Positions 63,903 to 64,000 of a stretch of DNA of 64,000 nt are shown in pieces. The stretch spans positions 110,670,001 to 110,734,000 of the forward strand of contig OZ024743.1 of assembly GCA_964016885.1 (NCBI GenBank), read 5' to 3'. The notes beneath the pieces were generated by a model, which was not told where the DNA came from, made no database searches, and was given only the letters and a program-made list of their open reading frames with translations. Source of the DNA: Eledone cirrhosa. Lineage: Eukaryota. Both the position numbers and the translations under genes were made by a program. Every line of letters begins with the position of its first letter. Positions within the stretch are counted from its first letter, which is position 1.

Positions 63903-63909
<7 letters not shown>
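62641..63909 (-). mobile_element. HHR-bearing inverted-repeat element with non-coding spacer (HHRs 62791-62845 -, 63797-63851 +)
   Basis: Arms ~62740-63012 / ~63701-63909; actgc-ctgaaga-[acagcca/tggctgt]-gaaa-tatata-ta-gcagt; ~71-bp tandem duplication at ~62857-62998; tail 62641-62740. Confidence 0.9.
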
Positions 63910-63975
<66 letters not shown>

Positions 63976-64000
63976 TGTGTGTGTGTGTGTGTGTGTATAT

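Overview
AT-rich animal genomic DNA crowded with (TA)n/(CA)n/(GA)n microsatellites. The SINE family and repeat landscape suggest a cephalopod (Octopus-like), which is an inference. I can support no host protein-coding gene, and nearly all ORFs in the track are microsatellite artefacts. The window is a transposon graveyard: three Penelope-like elements (PLEs; RT and/or GIY-YIG with a CxCx5Cx5C linker), a CRE-clade LINE apparently nested in a non-autonomous Helitron, a dead mariner, a Tc1/mariner relic, RTE-type LINE relics and about 9 tRNA-SINE copies. The main signal is RNA-level. By eye I find over 20 type I hammerhead ribozyme (HHR) motifs from about 13 unrelated sequence families. Almost all lie in non-coding fold-back insertions within (TA)n tracts, with a shared layout: inverted arm, fold-back, sense arm, unpaired tail. 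Several fold-backs are centred on the ribozyme's own stem II. There is also a near-identical 310-bp tandem array (43873-46073) with one HHR per monomer and a terminal inversion, i.e. a retrozyme-like candidate circular-RNA element. It sits next to a PLE whose HHR core and stem II it closely resembles. All RNA structures were paired manually and none has been computed or tested.
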